Positions 1 to 13,727 of a stretch of 64,000 nucleotides of DNA are shown one piece after another; the stretch's first letter is position 1, and every line of letters starts with the position of its first letter. Below the pieces are notes generated by a model. That model saw only the letters and a list, made by a program, of their open reading frames with translations. It was not told the origin of the DNA and ran no database searches. The DNA comes from Octopus vulgaris (taxonomy: Eukaryota), in the NCBI GenBank assembly GCA_951406725.2, contig OX597816.1:12152001-12216000 (forward strand). Direction: 5' to 3'. The translations under genes were made by a program, and so were the position numbers.

Positions 1-470
1 TTGAGAAGTCTGCACTTACTCTACCCAGATTAAAAGTTCAGGTTTACACTTGTAAATATTGGGGCCCTGGGATATGTAACACCCTGCCTTAATACCAATC
101 TTGAGAAATTAGGCTTCTCAAAACCAGAAAGGAGAAAGCTAATTCAAAAATTACTTATCCAATCCATCTAATTATCTAATTCGATGACTACAGATCCAAT
201 CCATCGCTGGAACTGTAAAAATCTGTAAAACTTCCCAGAAGTTTATCATTTAAATATATAGGAACATGTCTAGATATGCAAGTATATGCATGGGAATACA
301 TACATATAGCAAAACATACAAATCTGCACAGATACATACATACATACATACTGGCAGATAAAAATACCCTATTGGATATTGTTGAAATTCCAATGAAGGA
401 GCTTTAGTTCTAGGTTAGAAACCAGCTCTTTGTCTACTGGCAAGAAATCTAGAAATAAAACGGAATAATG
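1..470 (+). mobile_element. 3' end of an RLE-type non-LTR retrotransposon (R4/Dong-like), degenerate
   Basis: Frame 1 reads LRSLHLLYPD*KFRFTLVNIGALGYVTPCLNTNLEKLGF...IQSI, then IAGTVKICKTSQKFII*, typical of an RLE C-terminus (IIGALG motif). Homologous to 11200-11600. Followed by a 3' UTR and (TACA)n. Confidence 0.7.
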
Positions 471-844
471 ACATACACACATACATACAATACATACATA
501 TATACATATATACAATACACAGATACTTACATACACAGATACATACATACATACATACATACATGCACACATACATACATACATACACACATATATACAT
601 ACATACATACATACACACATACGCACATATATATATACATACACACACATACATACATACACACATACATACATACATACATACATACATACATACATAC
701 ACACACATACATACACACATACACACACATACACACACATACATACATACATACACACATACATACAATACATACACACGCACATACATACATACATACA
801 TATATACATATATACATACATACATACATACATACATACATACA

Positions 845-875
<31 letters not shown>
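470..875. repeat. (TACA/CA)n compound microsatellite
   Basis: Direct reading; explains the spurious MYVC/HTYI ORFs. Confidence 0.95.
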
Positions 876-1217
876 CTGTAGAACTCACTCCATTGCAAAA
901 TCCTGCTGTTTCTCTGTAGTTTACCAATATTTAGTTTTAAAATAATCAGTTTTTTTTCTGAATCAAATGAATTCCCTGTTGTAATTAAAATCAAATTTGC
1001 ATATTAGATAACTACGCACATGCTACTGATGGCCAAAGTGATAGGCCATTGAAGAATCCACAGGGAGGAGCAGTTTATATCTCATCAGCTGAACTGTATT
1101 ATTTCTCTGATCAATGTACTTAACTCTCAGATAACACAGTTCATTGAGCTGTAAATAGGTAGCGAAGGAGAGAGACAATTTGCTGTTCTCAACAATGGTA
1201 CTGCTGTAGAATTGGCA

Positions 1218-1785
1218 ATGGTTTGCTTGCTTGAAGGTGGCAAGCTGGTAGACTCATTAGCACGCCGGGCGAAATGCTTAGTGGCATTTTGTCTGCCATT
1301 CCGTTCTGAGATCAAATTCCGCCGAGGTCGATTTTACCTTTCATTCTTTTGGGGTCAATTAAATAAGTACCACTTACGCACTGGGGTCAATGTCCTTGTT
1401 TGTCCAATCTATGTTTAGCCCCCTGTGGACAAGAAAAAAAAAATGGTTTGCTTGCCTGAAGGTGACAAGCTAGCAGACTCATTAGCAGACCAGGCGAAAT
1501 GCTTAATGGCAGTTTGTCTGTCGCTATGTTCTGAGATCAAATTCCGCCGAGGTCAACTTTGCCTTTCATCCTTTCGGGGTCGATTAAATGTGTACCAGTT
1601 ATGCACTGGGGTCGATGTAATTGACTTAATCCCTTTGTATGTCCTTCTTTGTCCCATCTATGTTTAGCCCCTTGTGGGCAATAAAGAAATAAGAAATAAG
1701 AAATGTTAGCATGTCGGACGAGATGCTTAGTGGTATTTCGTCTGTCTTTAAGTTCTGAGTTCAAATTCCGCTGAGGTCGTTTCCA
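1218..1785 (+). mobile_element. SINE family A, tandem copies
   Basis: Degenerate tRNA-like head with B-box-like GAGTTCAAATTCC, core GCCTTTCATCCTTTCGGGGTCGAT, tail GTTTAGCCCCTTGTGGGCAATAAAGAAAT; many copies in the window. Confidence 0.85.
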
Positions 1786-2009
1786 ATTGCCCCGGGCCTA
1801 CTCGTGGTTTGTGAAACTGTGTGGAAGCCCATCTTGTGTGTGTATGTATGTATATATGTGCGTGTGTGTGTGTGTGTCTTTGTGCTTGTGCATCACCACC
1901 ACTTAAAATTACACACACATACATAAGTAGGTTATCATTCAGCCGACATACATACATGCACGCACACACACACTCACAAACACGTGTGGATACAAAAGCA
2001 AGTTTCTTA

Positions 2010-3052
2010 ATTGGCCGACGTCAGCACCGCCTCGACTGGCTTCTGTGCAGGTGGCACATAAAAAGCACCAACCGATCGTGGGATCTCGGAACATCTCGCT
2101 GTGCTTGAGGAGACCTGTTGAGTCAAGTGCATGTACATGAACATCGAACCAGATATCAATGGAAACAGTAGTTGTGATACCTGTGCCGGTGACACATAAA
2201 AAGCACCATCCGAACGTGGCCAAGCACCATCTGAACGTGGCCGTTGCCAGTGCAGCCACCACTGGCTTCTGTGCCGGTGGCACATAAAAAGCACCATCCG
2301 AACGTGGCCGATGCCAGCACCGCCTTGACTGGCTTCTGTGCCGGTAGCACAAAAAAAAAAAAAGCACCAACCGATCGTGGCCGATGCCAGACCCCTCTGG
2401 CTCCTGTGCAGGTGGCACGTAAAAGCACCCACTACACTCGCGGATTGGTTGGCGTTAGGAAGGGCATCAAGCTGTAGAAACACTGCCAGACCAGACTCGA
2501 GCCTGGGGCAGCCCCTGGCTCCCCAGACCCCGGTCGAACCGTCCAACCCGTGCTAGCGCGGAAAACGGACGTTAAACGATGATGATGATGATGATGATGA
2601 CAGCCAGTGGTACTTAAAAGGCACCATTCGAACGTGATCATTACCAGCATCGTCTTACTGGCACTTGAGCCCCGTGCTAGTAGGGTATTAAGAGTACCAT
2701 CCAAGCATGATCATTGCCAGAGCGGCTATCTGGCCTCCGTGCCAGTGGCACGTAAAAGGGCACCATCCGAGCATGATCGTTACTAGTATCACCTTACTGG
2801 CACCTGTGCCAGTGGCATGTGTAAAAGATTCGAGCGAGGTCATTGCCAGTACCGCCTGACTGGCCCCGTGCCGGTGGCATGTTAATGCACCCACTACACT
2901 CTCGGAGTGGTTGGCGTTAGGAAGGGCATCAAGCTGTAGAAACTCTGTCAGATCAAGATTGGAGCCTGGTGCAGCCATCTGGTTCGCCAGCCCTCAGTCA
3001 TTCGTCCAACCCATGCTAGCATGGAAAGCGGACGTTAAACGATGATGATGAT
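2010..3052 (+). mobile_element. Repeat family D, two copies: internal ~55-65 bp tandem units, conserved GGTTGGCGTTAGGAAGGGCATC block and (GAT)n tail
   Basis: Unit GTGCCGGTGGCACGTAAAAAGCACC... repeated many times; tail CGGACGTTAAACGATGATGATG; further copies at ~19650, 36870, 47520, 49090, 58545 and 60670. Confidence 0.85.
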
Positions 3053-3997
3053 AGTTTTAAAGAATGAATTCTTAATTTTTGAAAATGCCAATTGAGTGGG
3101 AAACTGACAAGAACTAACTAATTAGTGACCCTAAATTAGGAAATAATTTTATGAAATGAAGAATAAATTTGTTGAGTTAAAATTTACAAGCTGAATTATG
3201 GATAGTTTGATCTTTGTTGTGAGCAAAGGACAGCCATGGACATGTATTTTAGCTGGTTCCACCTTAGCATCAGACTTGCCCTGAGATCAGAAATAATATT
3301 TTTACATATTGGAAAAAAAATAAGTCAGGTGTATTTTTGACTAAAAGTAATTCACATAATTAAAAATAGTAATAAAAAAAAAAGAGACTATTAAAAATAT
3401 CTGAGAGTGGCCAAAGGCATGATTTTATATAATTAAGTTAAAAGGTGGCACAGTGCATATAATTATGTAAATTACTCTTGGCTGAAAATAAAGATCTCAT
3501 TTTTTTTTTTCCATAAATAAAAATATAATTTCTTTTTATCTGCAGGCAAACTGAGGCTGCACTGGGTTGATCAGGTCTTGAAGATAAAAAAAAACAACAA
3601 AAATGTTCGTTGTTGTTGTTGCTTGCCTACAACAAAGATAAGATCGTCTTTCCATTACATATAAATTGATTTGAGAGTAATGTTCGTGATATCGTGTTAT
3701 CTTCCTTTCTTCTGGAAAATCTGCTAGCTTTGTTTTCTAAGGTGCCCCTCAGATGGAAATTATAAAAGCAAATTAGGAATTTGTTATTTATGGTATTCAG
3801 TACACCAGTTTTTAACGGAATTATTTAAATACCTGCCACTGGGCCTCTTGAGTTGGTTCCTTGGTCTTTAAAATATATCGCATACATACAGGAGCTGCCA
3901 TGTCTGTGTGGTTTAGAAGCATGTGACTTCTAATATGAGAACCAGTTAACCAGAGTCTTACGAGTGGATTTGGTAGGCAGAACCAGAATCCCATCCC

Positions 3998-4058
<61 letters not shown>

Positions 4059-4080
4059 CATGAGTAATGAAAACTTTATA

Positions 4081-4169
4081 GGGCATACACGTGTTTCGGT
4101 GAAATGCTGAAATAATTACATTAAGTTGAAGCATTACGAAATCATATAAATTTACCTCATCAGTGTTCC
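4081..4169 (-). ncRNA. Type I hammerhead ribozyme motif with long stem II
   Basis: Minus strand: aca-CTGATGA-GGTAAA...TTTCACC-GAAAC-ACGT-GTA-tgc. Core complete; palindromic stem III ACACGTGT; stem I partly mismatched. Confidence 0.7.
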
Positions 4170-4421
4170 TTATCATATACATATGCATACATACATACAC
4201 ACATACACAGATGCATACACTTATACACATACATACATACATACATACATACATACACATATATATATACATACATACGTATGTATATATATATATATAT
4301 AAGTCCAAGAATAGAAGTTATGGAATTAACATTTAATATTCCATTACAGTCATTTCGATAATGCCTGCTCCCAATCCATGACTATAGATATGTATATAAA
4401 TATAAAAGATTGTGCAAAATA

Positions 4422-4900
4422 TTCTTTTCTACTCTAGGCACAAGGCCCGAAACTTTTGGGGAGTGGGGCAGTCGATTAGATCAACCCAAGTATGCAACTG
4501 GTACTTAATTTATTGACCCTGAAAGGATGAAAGGCAAAATCGACATTGGTGGAATTTGAACTCTAATGTAAAGACAGACGAAATACTGCTAAGCATTTCA
4601 CCCAGCATGCTAATGCTTCTGCCAGCTCACCACCTTAAACATATATATCTATAGTTACGAATGTATGTATATAGTTATAAATGTATACATTTATAACTGT
4701 CGAGCTGGCAGAAATGTTAGCATACCAGGCAAAATACTTAGTGGTATTTCATCTGTCTTTATGTTCTGAGTTCAAATTCTGCTGAGGTCGACTTTACCTT
4801 TCATCCCTTCAGGGTCAATAAATTAAGTACCAGTTGCGCACTGAGGTTGATCTAATCGACTGGCCTCCTCCTCCAAAAATTCCAGGTCTTATGTCTAGAG
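4422..4900. mobile_element. Two SINE family A copies in opposite orientation
   Basis: Minus copy ~4422-4637 and plus copy ~4699-4900, both with the alternative tail AAATTTCAGGCCTTGTGCCTAGAGTAGAAAAG. Confidence 0.85.
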
Positions 4901-5509
4901 TTTGGAGGCACATGGCCTAGTGGTTAGAGCAGTGGACTCACGGTCAAGAGATCGCGGGTTCGAATCTCAGACCGGGCGATGTGTGTGTTTATGGGCATCC
5001 TTCATCCGATTGCGCTGAAATTTGATATGTCGATACCGATGGTATCAGGGCGTGTATAAATCTTGAAAAAGTTACAAAAATCGATTCCAGGTGAGAATGC
5101 GATCGATAAAGCCGTTTTTGTCCTGCTTTTCTTCCGTCAACCTGTACATAACTGCACCTTCCATTTTTTGTTGTTTTTGTACTGCTTAAAGGCACGTTTC
5201 TTTCCTGCCAAGCTTACTATTTAAACCATGTTTGTGTTCTCCCAGTCAACACCCTTATCATTACTGGTACTTTAAACTCTTCGGTTGCACATTTGTGTGA
5301 ATAAAATCGTTTTTCTTTGGAATAGAAAAAAAGTCTATCTTTATTTCTTCTTTTGCTGGTGTCTCAAATTTAGGTTAAATCAGTGTTTCTCAAAAGGGAA
5401 GCCAATGGGACGGTCGGACAAGTTGTTTTGAGAAAATTTGGTTTAAATGTTTGACAACTCAGCACCGTCCATTGGGCGGGTGGCGTTTTGCTCGTATATA
5501 TATATACGT

Positions 5510-7858
5510 TACATGCACCTCTGGTTAAGTCGTTACGACTTATGTTATTTCCAAAGATACGTCGGTCTTTCTAAAATATTAAATAAATATTAAATCCAGT
5601 ATTAATTTATGTCGCCTGGCAAAACAGCAACAACGTTCATACTATTACTATACTGTGTTGTTAGTTCCGGGTTGTAACACTTGGTTCCGTTCGTATTCGT
5701 CTCCAGGAAATAAATAAAAAAAAAAGCAATAGAAACATATAATGTGTAGCATATTAAAATTAATGCTAAAATACAGAATGCATCTTTGATCCCGAGCCTC
5801 GTCGTTTTACGATGAAGAAAATGCAAGAGGCTTTTTCTCATTTAGATAAATGTCTTGTTTTATTTGAGGAAATGGAACCCAATGTACAACGTTTTGTAAA
5901 AATATTGGCAGTTTATCATGATGCTATTGCACTTTATTACTTAACCTTAGGAGAGAAGAAGCAAAAGACAATTTAAGGAACTTCAGGCAGGATCACCCTA
6001 CGATCAAAATTACCCAACGGTCTACACCATGACAACAGGATACAGCTGACAATCTCCAACCATCGACATCTAGTGTGTAATTTCCCCATCCTCCTACACC
6101 AGCCTCAATGAGTAGCACCGACTTCAGCCATCAGTACAGTGTTTGAAATTATTTCTTTCCGTCAAACTAAAGTGGGAGTGTGGCACCCCTCAGTTTCATG
6201 TCTGTAGGAGAAGGTTACTCTGACATAAAAGCAGATATGCAGGGAATGGCATTGGACAGACCATAGTCTGGTGCGAGCAAACTTCCAGATGATGATTAGA
6301 GTAAAAGGAGGGGAGAGGGCCAGTCAGCATTCCTCGGCTTCTGAATGTCCCCGAAATATATGATGCTGTGGTGAGGAAAGAGCTTCTGAAGTGGAAATTG
6401 ATGAGACGGTTATCGTAAGGAGAAAATACAATCGTAGAAGACTTGTAAAAACTATTTGGCTTTTCGGTGGAATGGAACGAGGAACGAAAAAGGAACTTTT
6501 GATACCTCTTTCATCTGAGTGTGGCGAAAATGAAAGGCGAGATGCCGCTACACTCATCCAATTAATTACTCGCCATATACGCCAAGGGTCCAAAATATAT
6601 AATAATTCTTGGGCTGCATATAATTCTCTGGGAAATCTTGGCTATACCCACTTTCAGGTCAACCACAGCGGAAATTTTGTACATCCTACAAACGCGTCGG
6701 TGCACACTCAGACAATATTTTTCTTTTATGCACAACTCCATTGTCTCCTGAGATGAAAGGATGCCAACAACGATATATGCCAAAAAATGGACCACATACT
6801 CGGGTATGTATAGATTATTCTCAAAACAATTTCTGTAATTTCATTGTAGTAGCATAAGATTATGTTTGAGAATGTTTTCTGACACACGGTTTCTGTTTTA
6901 TTTTTGCATATATTCCACCGCTTCATCGTAGAAAACTTCTGAAACTATATATATATATGCAAGACAGAAAATATATATTTATAAGGACTTGTTGATTATA
7001 CCCAAAAATGGACTGCTTGTTTATACCCAAGAAATGGACTTGTTTATACATAAGAAATGGACTTGCTGTTTGTACTCAAGAAATGTGCAACGCACAGGTT
7101 ATAATAATTATTTCTATAACATAACAATTTAAAGGTATGTTAAAAAGAATTTATTTTAATACCGCGAACTGTCTGCATAAAGAATTTTTAAAAATGAAAA
7201 AGAGTGGCAAGTTGTGTAAATAGGGGCCAGGGTAAGATTGAATATTTAAGAGAATTTGCAGCGTGTAAGATGTTTGTAAGCAATTCCAGAACAACAAAAG
7301 CCGTTACTTTCACTGCAAAACTTAAATTTCGTTTGTGTTTAAATATTTTCGGTCTTTGAAACCATGGCAAACCTCTGACAAAAACTCGTGCTGCATCTCT
7401 TTTGTCAGTGAACAAGTCTCGGTTTCAAAGAGACCAAAAATATTGACATTGAAATGAGATTTAAATATTGCAGTGAACCAACCTTTTTTCTTTGTGTGTG
7501 TTCTTGATAATCGTTTAGAACAAGTAGTTTTACACCAATTACACTATTTTTTTCTTCTTTTCCCGGTTCGGGTCAAAACTATAGTTTAAAGGCCATGGAC
7601 TGACGATATGAATTTTCCGAGTCCTCTCCCCCACCGCCCTTTCGCGAGTGCGCATTTTTTTGTCATATTCGTTTAGAGCAAGTTGTTTTACACCTATCAC
7701 ATTATTTTTCTTTTGTTTTTGTGCTCGGGGTCAAACGCCTAGGTTTTAATTATTACATGTCTATACATTCAAATAATGGTTATTTCGACTTGAGTCGTTT
7801 TGCGACTTTAAGTTGTGTCCTCTGGAACCAATTAACGACGTAGGGTGAGGTATGATTG
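5510..7858 (+). mobile_element. Tigger/pogo-like DNA transposon remnant hosting nested insertions
   Basis: Both ends carry CGACTT-rich Tigger-like termini. ~5870-5970 reads EMEPNVQRFVKILAVYHDAIALYYLTLGEKKQKT, like a Tigger transposase C-terminus. Confidence 0.5.
6355..6760 (+). pseudogene. Merlin-superfamily (IS1595/ISXO2-like) DDE transposase fragment
   Basis: ORF 6391-6756: VEIDET..RRKYNR.R....WLFGGMER...DAATL..LI..HI..GS.IY..SWAAY..L...GY.H..VNHS.NFV.P...HTQTI, matching Merlin/IS1595 motifs. Second catalytic Asp lost and C-terminus disrupted. Confidence 0.85.
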
Positions 7859-7987
7859 CATATGAAAGCACTACCAATCTTTCTAAAGTATAATAATATC
7901 AATATATATTCACACATACATCAGTGTGAATGTATATCTATACAAATTATCTATATTCATGTGTCTGTCTGCCTCACTTCCAATCCA

Positions 7988-8104
<117 letters not shown>

Positions 8105-8707
8105 CGCATATTTATGTATATCAGCTTGTACACTTCCTTTATATTAAAGGAACCGTCTATCGATAGTTGGCGTGTTAAAGTGTTAAATATAAGACGCAAA
8201 TCCGTGTATTATCCACCTTTATCTTTGGTGAATAGGTACAAAAATGTCACGTACTTCAATCAAAGTAAAACCTATTTATAACAATATAATGCACTGAAAG
8301 GCTTAATGATAAGGAAATACCAAAGTAATAATAATAAAAGAAAACAAGTTAATTAAAGAGACGTCTGAATAAAAACATTATCGTAAAAATAGACTTAAGA
8401 AAACAGTAATAGAAAATGTTTATTTGATAATTGTTGCGAGGTTTTTATGGTATACTTACGAGTCTTCCGAAACGGAAACCCGCTTTACAATCACTGGGTG
8501 TAAAACGGCGTCATTATATTATTAGAGTCGTTGGCGTTGTTTTTTATGACGTGAGTCTGGGAGTCTTGTATGGGATATGATCTATAACCCTGTGGTTCGT
8601 TTGCTTTGGAATGAATAGACTTAATATAGAAAGAAAGGAAGGAAGGAAAAAACATCTAGATTTTTATATACGAAAAAAGAAAAAACAACCTGATCGTGAA
8701 TATAAGA

Positions 8708-9738
8708 TATTAGATAGAATACTGACAAAGACCTAGGGGCTAACCCTGCACATGATTCAAGAAAACACGATGGAAATTCCATTGTAAACCATTATTAAGA
8801 CTAAAAGCAAACTGCATGCATTCATATGTATACATCCACACGTGTGTGTATGGATAAATATATTTATATATTATACAGATAGTTTTCAAATCCAAGGTGT
8901 TTCCTCTTGAAGCACGTTTGTTTGTTATATTTGAGTGAGGCATGCATAAGAGTTGAAAATACTAGAAAATATTTTCTGTAGAGTAATAACATCAAAACAG
9001 GAGATGGGAAAATTATTTAGGGATCTTTTCGGTTTGAACGGCAGTTTTTAACATAATTTCTAGGTAACAAAAAAATTTTTAACTTCGTATAATGGTAGAA
9101 TGTGTTTATAAAACATCTTTTTCTCTTGGTTTTATTTAGAAAATTCTATAGTTTGTAAGATATTTGTTGTTTATTTCTTCAATTTCTACCAATCACTGAC
9201 GTCTATTGAGGTAAAAAACATTCAGTGCCGTATGAATATGTCCCTCGTTTCAGAAAGAGATTGGGTTTATTTACATTTGTGAAGAAAAAAAAGATACACT
9301 TCTCCCACCCCTAACCCTAACCCTAAAACAGATTGAAATGCAATAGATCGATACTAGGGTCATAATTATGGGTGACAATTTCATGTGACACCGCTAGAAA
9401 AAACTGCCGTTCAAGCCGGAAAGATCCGATATTGGAATACTAACAACGGTCTAGGGCTAACCCTGCACATGATTCATGAAAACACGATGGAAATTCCATT
9501 GTAAACAGTTATTAAGCCTAAAAGCAAACTGCATGCATTCATACGTATACATCCACACGTGTGTGTATGGATAAATATATTTGTATATCATACAGATAGT
9601 TTTCAAATCCAAGGTGTTTCCTCGTGAAGCACGTTTGTTTGTTATATTTGTGTGAGGCATGCATAAGAGTTGAAAATACTAGAAAATGTAGTTTCTGCAG
9701 AGTAATAACATCAAAACAGGAGATGGGAGAATTATTTT
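8708..9738. repeat. ~310 bp direct duplication (8708-9019 / 9429-9738) separated by a ~405 bp TIR element
   Basis: The two flanks are near identical. The insert ends GGATCTTTTCGGTTTGAACGGCAGTTTTT and AAAAACTGCCGTTCAAGCCGGAAAGATCC are inverted repeats; (CCCTAA)3 internally. Confidence 0.85.
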
Positions 9739-11199
9739 GGCATTATTCATTTCGCCATTACACGTGTTCCATTGCACATGTAGTAGGAAAGATGTAGCAT
9801 ATTTCATATTAGAGATTCTTCGGACAGAGAATCAAATAATACTTGTACAAATGTGTGTGTTTGTGAGTAAACATGCATAGATTTGTGTGAATTGATTATA
9901 TATATATATATATATATCATCTTATAAGAAAGGGCTAAAGAAGATATTTCTAAAGCCAATATACTGATTATCCACTTATCTATATATATATTACGGAAAT
10001 GTACTTGCATAGCAAGTAACCTGATATGAAAGGGTGAACTGGAACAAAAACAATTGCAGAGTGGAAGGTGTTTATAAACAATTTAAAACACACAAAAACC
10101 GTTAGATTCACTTCAACATTTACATTCAATTTGCCAAAATATTTTCGTCACTTTGAGATTGTGGACTCTTCACTGACTTTGCTTGAAATTCTGTAAGTTT
10201 TCAACAGCAATTTAGCAGCGACAGCTAGCAATGCCAAGCTGCTCCACACTGATGAAGAGCAATAATTCTGGAACTAATCTCTGGATGTTGGCCTTGTTGG
10301 GTGGAGTTGCTTATCTCCCGTTTGAAAACTTAATGACACAACGCTTGTGTCACGTAGCCAACTAGAAACACTGTTTCCTGGGGCTAAATAGCAGTAACAT
10401 TCTTCCCTTTCCTGGGACTACCACATCAAGTTGGCAGCAAACCATCACTTTATATATAGATAGATAGATATAAAATACTTTTGTGTGTATGTATATCCAA
10501 ATTTACATCCATGCGAGGAAAATTAAAAATAAAACCTTGTGATATGGAAATTTCAGTCTAGTTCTTCTAGTTGGACGCCATTGGACTTCTCTTCCATTTT
10601 CTTAAGGGAAATTTTGAAGAAAATTCTTTTACAAGTTGAATTTAGATTGGACAGCTACCCGAGTGTACTGAACAGACGCCAAGACTCCACGAACAAACAA
10701 AATGGCTATTGTTTCAGAGATTCTTAGAACAATGCTATGAATGGAGTTAATCTCTTGTGAAACGGTTGCTTTGAAATGAAATGTTTAATAACTATCTTGA
10801 TGTATTCGCTATTGATCTCAAGATTTTTTTATTTTCTAGGTATTCTTGTTTTTGATCTTGTCTGCTTCATACACTTTCAATTTTAATGACAATCTTCACA
10901 GAAAGTTATACAAATTTTCGTTTAGAAATAATGTGCAAATAAACCTTTCTCTTCCATACACACACACGGAATTTACTGAATGAATGCGAGAAGAGGGCTT
11001 AATACAAGTTGTGCAGGTGCTTATTACACAGTTGTGTGAAAGTGAAACTGGAGAATAAGCTTTCAGTTTCGACAAACTATGTATGTGTGTATGTATCTGA
11101 GTCTATGTATCAGTGTGTGTATATATGTGTGGGTGTAAGTATATGGGGGTGTTTGTATGCGTGAGTGTACTGTGTGTGTGTGTGTGTGTATGTAGGTAT

Positions 11200-11600
11200 G
11201 TCTCTTCTATTTCTTAAAATTATTATAAATCTTCCACGGGGGAATGGACCGGTTTCCAACAAAGATACAAGGCTTCATCTTTGGGGTGTAGTTAACAAAG
11301 ACGAATTCACGTTTGGAACATTTGAAAGTCTTGCATATTTTCACTGTTCCACTCACAGATTGCACTTGTAATCTACGAATTTGTCGGTCGATTTCTCTTT
11401 CTGAAAATCCCAGTTTATCCAGATTCTCCTTTAAGCATTTACTAACAAAACCTAGTGTTACAATCATATGAATATGAATTCATAGTTTGGATACGGAAGC
11501 TGGAAGTTTTGAAGCAGTTGTCCATAGATATTCTCTTTTTCTTTGATTTTCAAACAAATTTTTATATCTACAGAGCATGTGTGCTTGACCAAACGGAACA
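11200..11600 (-). mobile_element. 3' end of an RLE-type non-LTR retrotransposon (same group as 1-470)
   Basis: Minus strand reads TCSVDIKICLKIKEKENIYGQLLQNFQLPYPNYEF (RLE SCP.D.N..K..EK..Y..L motif), then LGFVSKCLKENLDKLGFSERE...SVSGTVKICKTF; ends in CA/TACA repeats. Confidence 0.75.
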
Positions 11601-11898
11601 CAACATCATGTTAAGGTTATCTGAAAAATAACCCTCCTCTCTGCCAAGATCCAAACTTGGTTGTTACCTTCCCACCACACTGAAAAATAGTGGGAAGAAT
11701 CCCTTTTTTTTTTAAAGCTGATTATGGGTTCCAGTGAATAAACGTAATCTACTCGCGCTGAGCTGGTCTGTCATGTGATGGGACTGGATAGCCTGCATGA
11801 AGCCAGAAAAACTCGACCAGGTCATGTGACCACTTGTAGAAAACGCATGTATGAGCCGATATTTGGGTATTTAAGGTTAAATGGCCAAATGATAAACA

Positions 11899-12698
11899 GG
11901 GCTAATGCAGTTTTGCTCCTCTCCTTGAAAAATGCATTGTTTTGAAAAAAATTTTTCGGATCCCTACATTTTAGATATCGGAGCTGATGAATATACAAAA
12001 TTTTTTTTTATTTCACCCCACCCCACCCCCATTTAAAATTTTTGGTTTTGTTTACTTCAAAGAGATCGTAGCGAATTGACGAACATATGCAAATCGAAAT
12101 TAAACACAGACAAAAACATTAAAGTGAAGAGAATTTGTGCTTTACTTGTGTTTGCCTTAAATAATCGTAAATAATAATTTAATGTAAATTAAATATACGC
12201 CATTTTATGAGAAACAAACATTAATGTTTACTAATTAAAGTTATAAAGTTTAATACGGAGCTCAAATTTCTCCCCCTTCCCCGATTTTAAATTTTGAATT
12301 CTTTCATCGATTTATTTATTTATCTGTCTATGTGAGTTCAAATTACGTCTGTTTATTCATAAAATATATTTGTCAACTAAATGTGGCGGTCCTATAGAAG
12401 ACGGTGTTACTGTTGTTTTTAGCCCCAGGAAGACATCCATATCTATTTATCTCTTTATACACATATCTATATGCTTATTGAGTTTAAAATTTGGAAAACG
12501 TGGTTTCTTGCATATTCGGAATCTCCGTCATAGGGGAAAAAAATTTCGAAAAAGTTCAAAAATTTAAGGGGAGTTGAGTGGTAAACTTTCATTTTTTTTC
12601 TGCATATTCGTTATCTCCGACATCTAAAATGTAGGGATCCAAATACTTTTTTTGAAAAAATGCATTTTCCAAAGAGAGGAGCGAAACTCCATTATTCC
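11899..12698. mobile_element. Non-autonomous DNA transposon with ~100 bp imperfect TIRs (GG...CC termini, possibly Merlin-type)
   Basis: GGGCTAATGCAGTTTTGCTCCTCTCC...GGATCCCTACATTTTAGAT mirrors ATCTAAAATGTAGGGATCC...GAGAGGAGCGAAACTCCATTATTCC. Flanks gataaaca / gaataaac resemble a decayed 8-9 bp TSD. Confidence 0.75.
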
Positions 12699-12747
12699 GA
12701 ATAAACTTATGCTACATTATTGACATAGTTCCTGTAAACATGTAACA

Positions 12748-13727
12748 TGGGATCTTTGTGGGGTCTTTGTGGTTTTCATCAGTTTACAATTTTGTTCCAG
12801 TTGTTTTCAGATTTGGTTTATGGATTAAGTTTTGTATACTAATTATGAAAATGAAATTCCTTTTTCCTATAAATCCATAATTAAAAAGTTATTAGCCTTC
12901 AAAATTTGCAAAATTTGGGTATTTTAGCCAATCAAAAGCGAGTATTTTAGACATCACCATGGCAAAAAAGTTTGTTTCTATAGTAACCAAAGCAAAATAG
13001 CACCACGTGTTCCATAGCTGATTGTGAAGAATTCTGTTTCCATAGTAACCAAAGATGCTGCACATGCGCACAAGGAATGTAACTACCACTTGTTCAATAA
13101 TTGTTTGTTTTCATAAGAGATGGAACTCTCACTCAACAAATTGAAAGTACCTGGGCATGGTTGACTCTCATCTTTGTGAAACTATGTGGAAGAAGGAGAT
13201 ACGAGAAAGATAATTTATTTCATAAAATCCTTGAGTGTATTGCAAACTTTTATTCTTGAATTTTTTAAACTAATAAAATGTTTGTTTTAAACAGTGCTTG
13301 GACTGTTATATCTAGCAACTCCTCTTAGCTTGTTCATAGCATTTAGATATTTAATTTGCTCATGAATGTTTCAATATTAACTTTGTATATTTTAATGTTT
13401 TGACTATTATTTCTAGCAACTCCTGCTGGTTTGTTTGTTCATAGCTTTTAAATAATTAATTTGCTCATGTAGCTAGTTTAATGTTTTGACATACCGATGA
13501 CCCCCACCCTTCATGATGGAAGAGGCAGTGAACGCGCAGTTTTCTGATTGGCTGAAAATTCTGAAAAATTATCAAAGTTTGAACACCTGTTGCATTTTTT
13601 TGCAAAAATTTCTGGAATAAATGAATAACAAATTCGAGTTCAGCATCAAAAATAATATTTATATGAGACATTAAAGAAAAGGTTTTTAAAGATAATTGTA
13701 AACAGTGACAAAAACCACAGAGATCCC
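12748..13727. mobile_element. Non-autonomous DNA transposon with ~35 bp TIRs (GGG...CCC)
   Basis: GGGGTCTTTGTGGTTTTCATCAGTTTACAATT vs AATTGTAAACAGTGACAAAAACCACAGAGATCCC; internal ~65 bp direct repeat at ~13300-13470. Confidence 0.7.

Noticed and set aside
369-994. Long ORFs rich in MYVC/HTYI (also at 29167-29835, 45739-46188, 50660-51087 and 53018-53630)
   Set aside because: Translations of microsatellites, open in many frames.
9308-9326. Telomere or interstitial telomeric array
   Set aside because: Only three units, inside a TIR element.
12970-13052. RFX X-box-like motifs (GTTTCCATAGTAAC)
   Set aside because: They lie within a transposon with no nearby promoter evidence.
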